This document shows positions 63,104-64,000 of a stretch of DNA of 64,000 nt, in pieces (position 1 is the first letter of the stretch; every line of letters starts with the position of its first letter). This stretch comes from Chlorokybus atmophyticus (taxonomy: Eukaryota > Plantae > Mesostigma and Chlorokybus algae): positions 84,911-148,910 of the forward strand of contig RHPI01003369.1 of NCBI GenBank assembly GCA_009103225.1. Direction: 5' to 3'. Both the position numbers and the translations under genes were made by a program. The notes under the pieces were generated by a model. It worked only from the letters and a program-made list of their open reading frames with translations, had not been told where the DNA came from and searched no databases.

Positions 63104-63678
63104 TGTAACGGGAGCAATGGTGATAGGGGTTTTATTGCTACCTAAATGACACATCTTGTATGAATAAGTATAAGTGAATATAAGATTTTACTCATTTATA
63201 CCTCTTTTCTACGGTTCCTCGCTTATCAAAGCTTATAATACTGTATTATAGCTTTGATAAGTCCCAATGAGTGTAGACCCGCCTATTAAGCCTATTTAAT
63301 GCCGCATTTCATGTATGCGATCACTATAATCAGATATTAAGTTAGGTACCTCGTCGCTAAATGCCTTATTGATAAGGACCTTATCGATTGATATCTAAGC
63401 TCTGGTTGGCTTACGCGAGATCTCAACGGCACCCCTATTTGTAGGCCTGATATCTCTTTGTGAGCTTTATATTGAGATAATCATTGTGATATACATATAC
63501 ATATATATAGTACTCTTTATATAAAAGGCCTCATCAACTGATGGGACCTCAATCAGTTTTCTACCCTTCGCAGCGCCACATGCATGGTGCCGGCAGTGTG
63601 ATACGGCTTGTCTCCGGCGGTATGGGTTTTGGGGTAGACGATTGAGGGGGCATGACCCGCGACGGTGGTGCTGTTACA
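63104..63678 (+). mobile_element. solo LTR of a diverged subfamily of the chromovirus
   Basis: TGTAACGGGAGCAAT...GGTGGTGCTGTTACA, 575 bp, TSD TCACT at 63099-63103 and 63679-63683; colinear with the reverse complement of 3556-4081. Confidence 0.92.
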
Positions 63679-64000
63679 TCACTTGCATTTCCTACACAAA
63701 TGTGCGCGCGCGTGCATGCGTATACAATACATTGATATATGTGCATTATATAGGTATTAGTACATGTACATGTATATGAGCCATGGCCATTAGCAGGACC
63801 CGCTAATTGTTTTAAAGTCATTGGTGTTAGCCAAATCGCACTGGTCCCCCAAAAGTTTAAGTTATAGCAACAATGCAAATGCAAAAGCTAATGATATGGT
63901 GTGGGCATGGGCACAAGACCATAGCATGTCTGCAATTGCAAGTTGCTGACCATGGCGGTGCTTGTGCAGGCTGGGCGCCTCTTAAAGGCGCAAGAGGCAA

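Noticed and set aside
1-64000. Hammerhead ribozyme or retrozyme cores
   Set aside because: The CTGA(T/C)GA occurrences I checked (e.g. 14812 minus, 19290 minus, 31942, 38192) are not followed by a stem II plus GAAA.
1-64000. CRISPR arrays, rRNA or tRNA genes, prokaryotic operons
   Set aside because: None seen; the repeats present are microsatellites or TE-derived, and the genes are spliceosomal.

Overview
Intron-rich eukaryotic nuclear DNA of the green-plant lineage, most likely a green alga. This is inferred from plant-type RPL34, PgiC, RNR1, LIP1 and PPR genes and telo-box promoters; the genetic code is standard. Host genes reconstructed by hand from splice sites: RPL34 (+), an orphan multi-exon gene (-), a P-class PPR gene (-), archaeal-type cofactor-independent phosphoglycerate mutase (-), a LIP1/RABL3-like small GTPase (+), glucose-6-phosphate isomerase (-), ribonucleotide reductase large subunit (+), a conserved hypothetical gene (-) and proteasome alpha-1/PSMA6 (+). 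Mobile DNA: a pogo-type DD35D transposon (2016-11253) with a young Ty3/gypsy chromovirus (3556-9986) inside one transposase intron, a diverged solo LTR of the same family (63104-63678), a second pogo-like end, a 1.8-kb TIR-bounded element, and decayed RLE-type non-LTR and possible Penelope-like fragments. About 7 kb carrying the PPR gene is duplicated in inverted orientation (~19.3-26.5 kb versus ~55.4-62.2 kb); the second copy is a pseudogene. The most interesting signals are: (i) a cytosolic-type PGI with a plastid-like transit peptide and a CP12/GapB-like two-cysteine C-terminal tail, a candidate redox switch; (ii) a fold-back downstream of the PPR gene that gained a new 38-bp stem after the duplication; (iii) a three-hairpin cluster in intron 1 of the mutase; (iv) covarying hairpins in the LTR family. 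There are three N gaps (7224-7484, 25541-25811, 34305-34982). All alignments were done by eye and no database searches were run.
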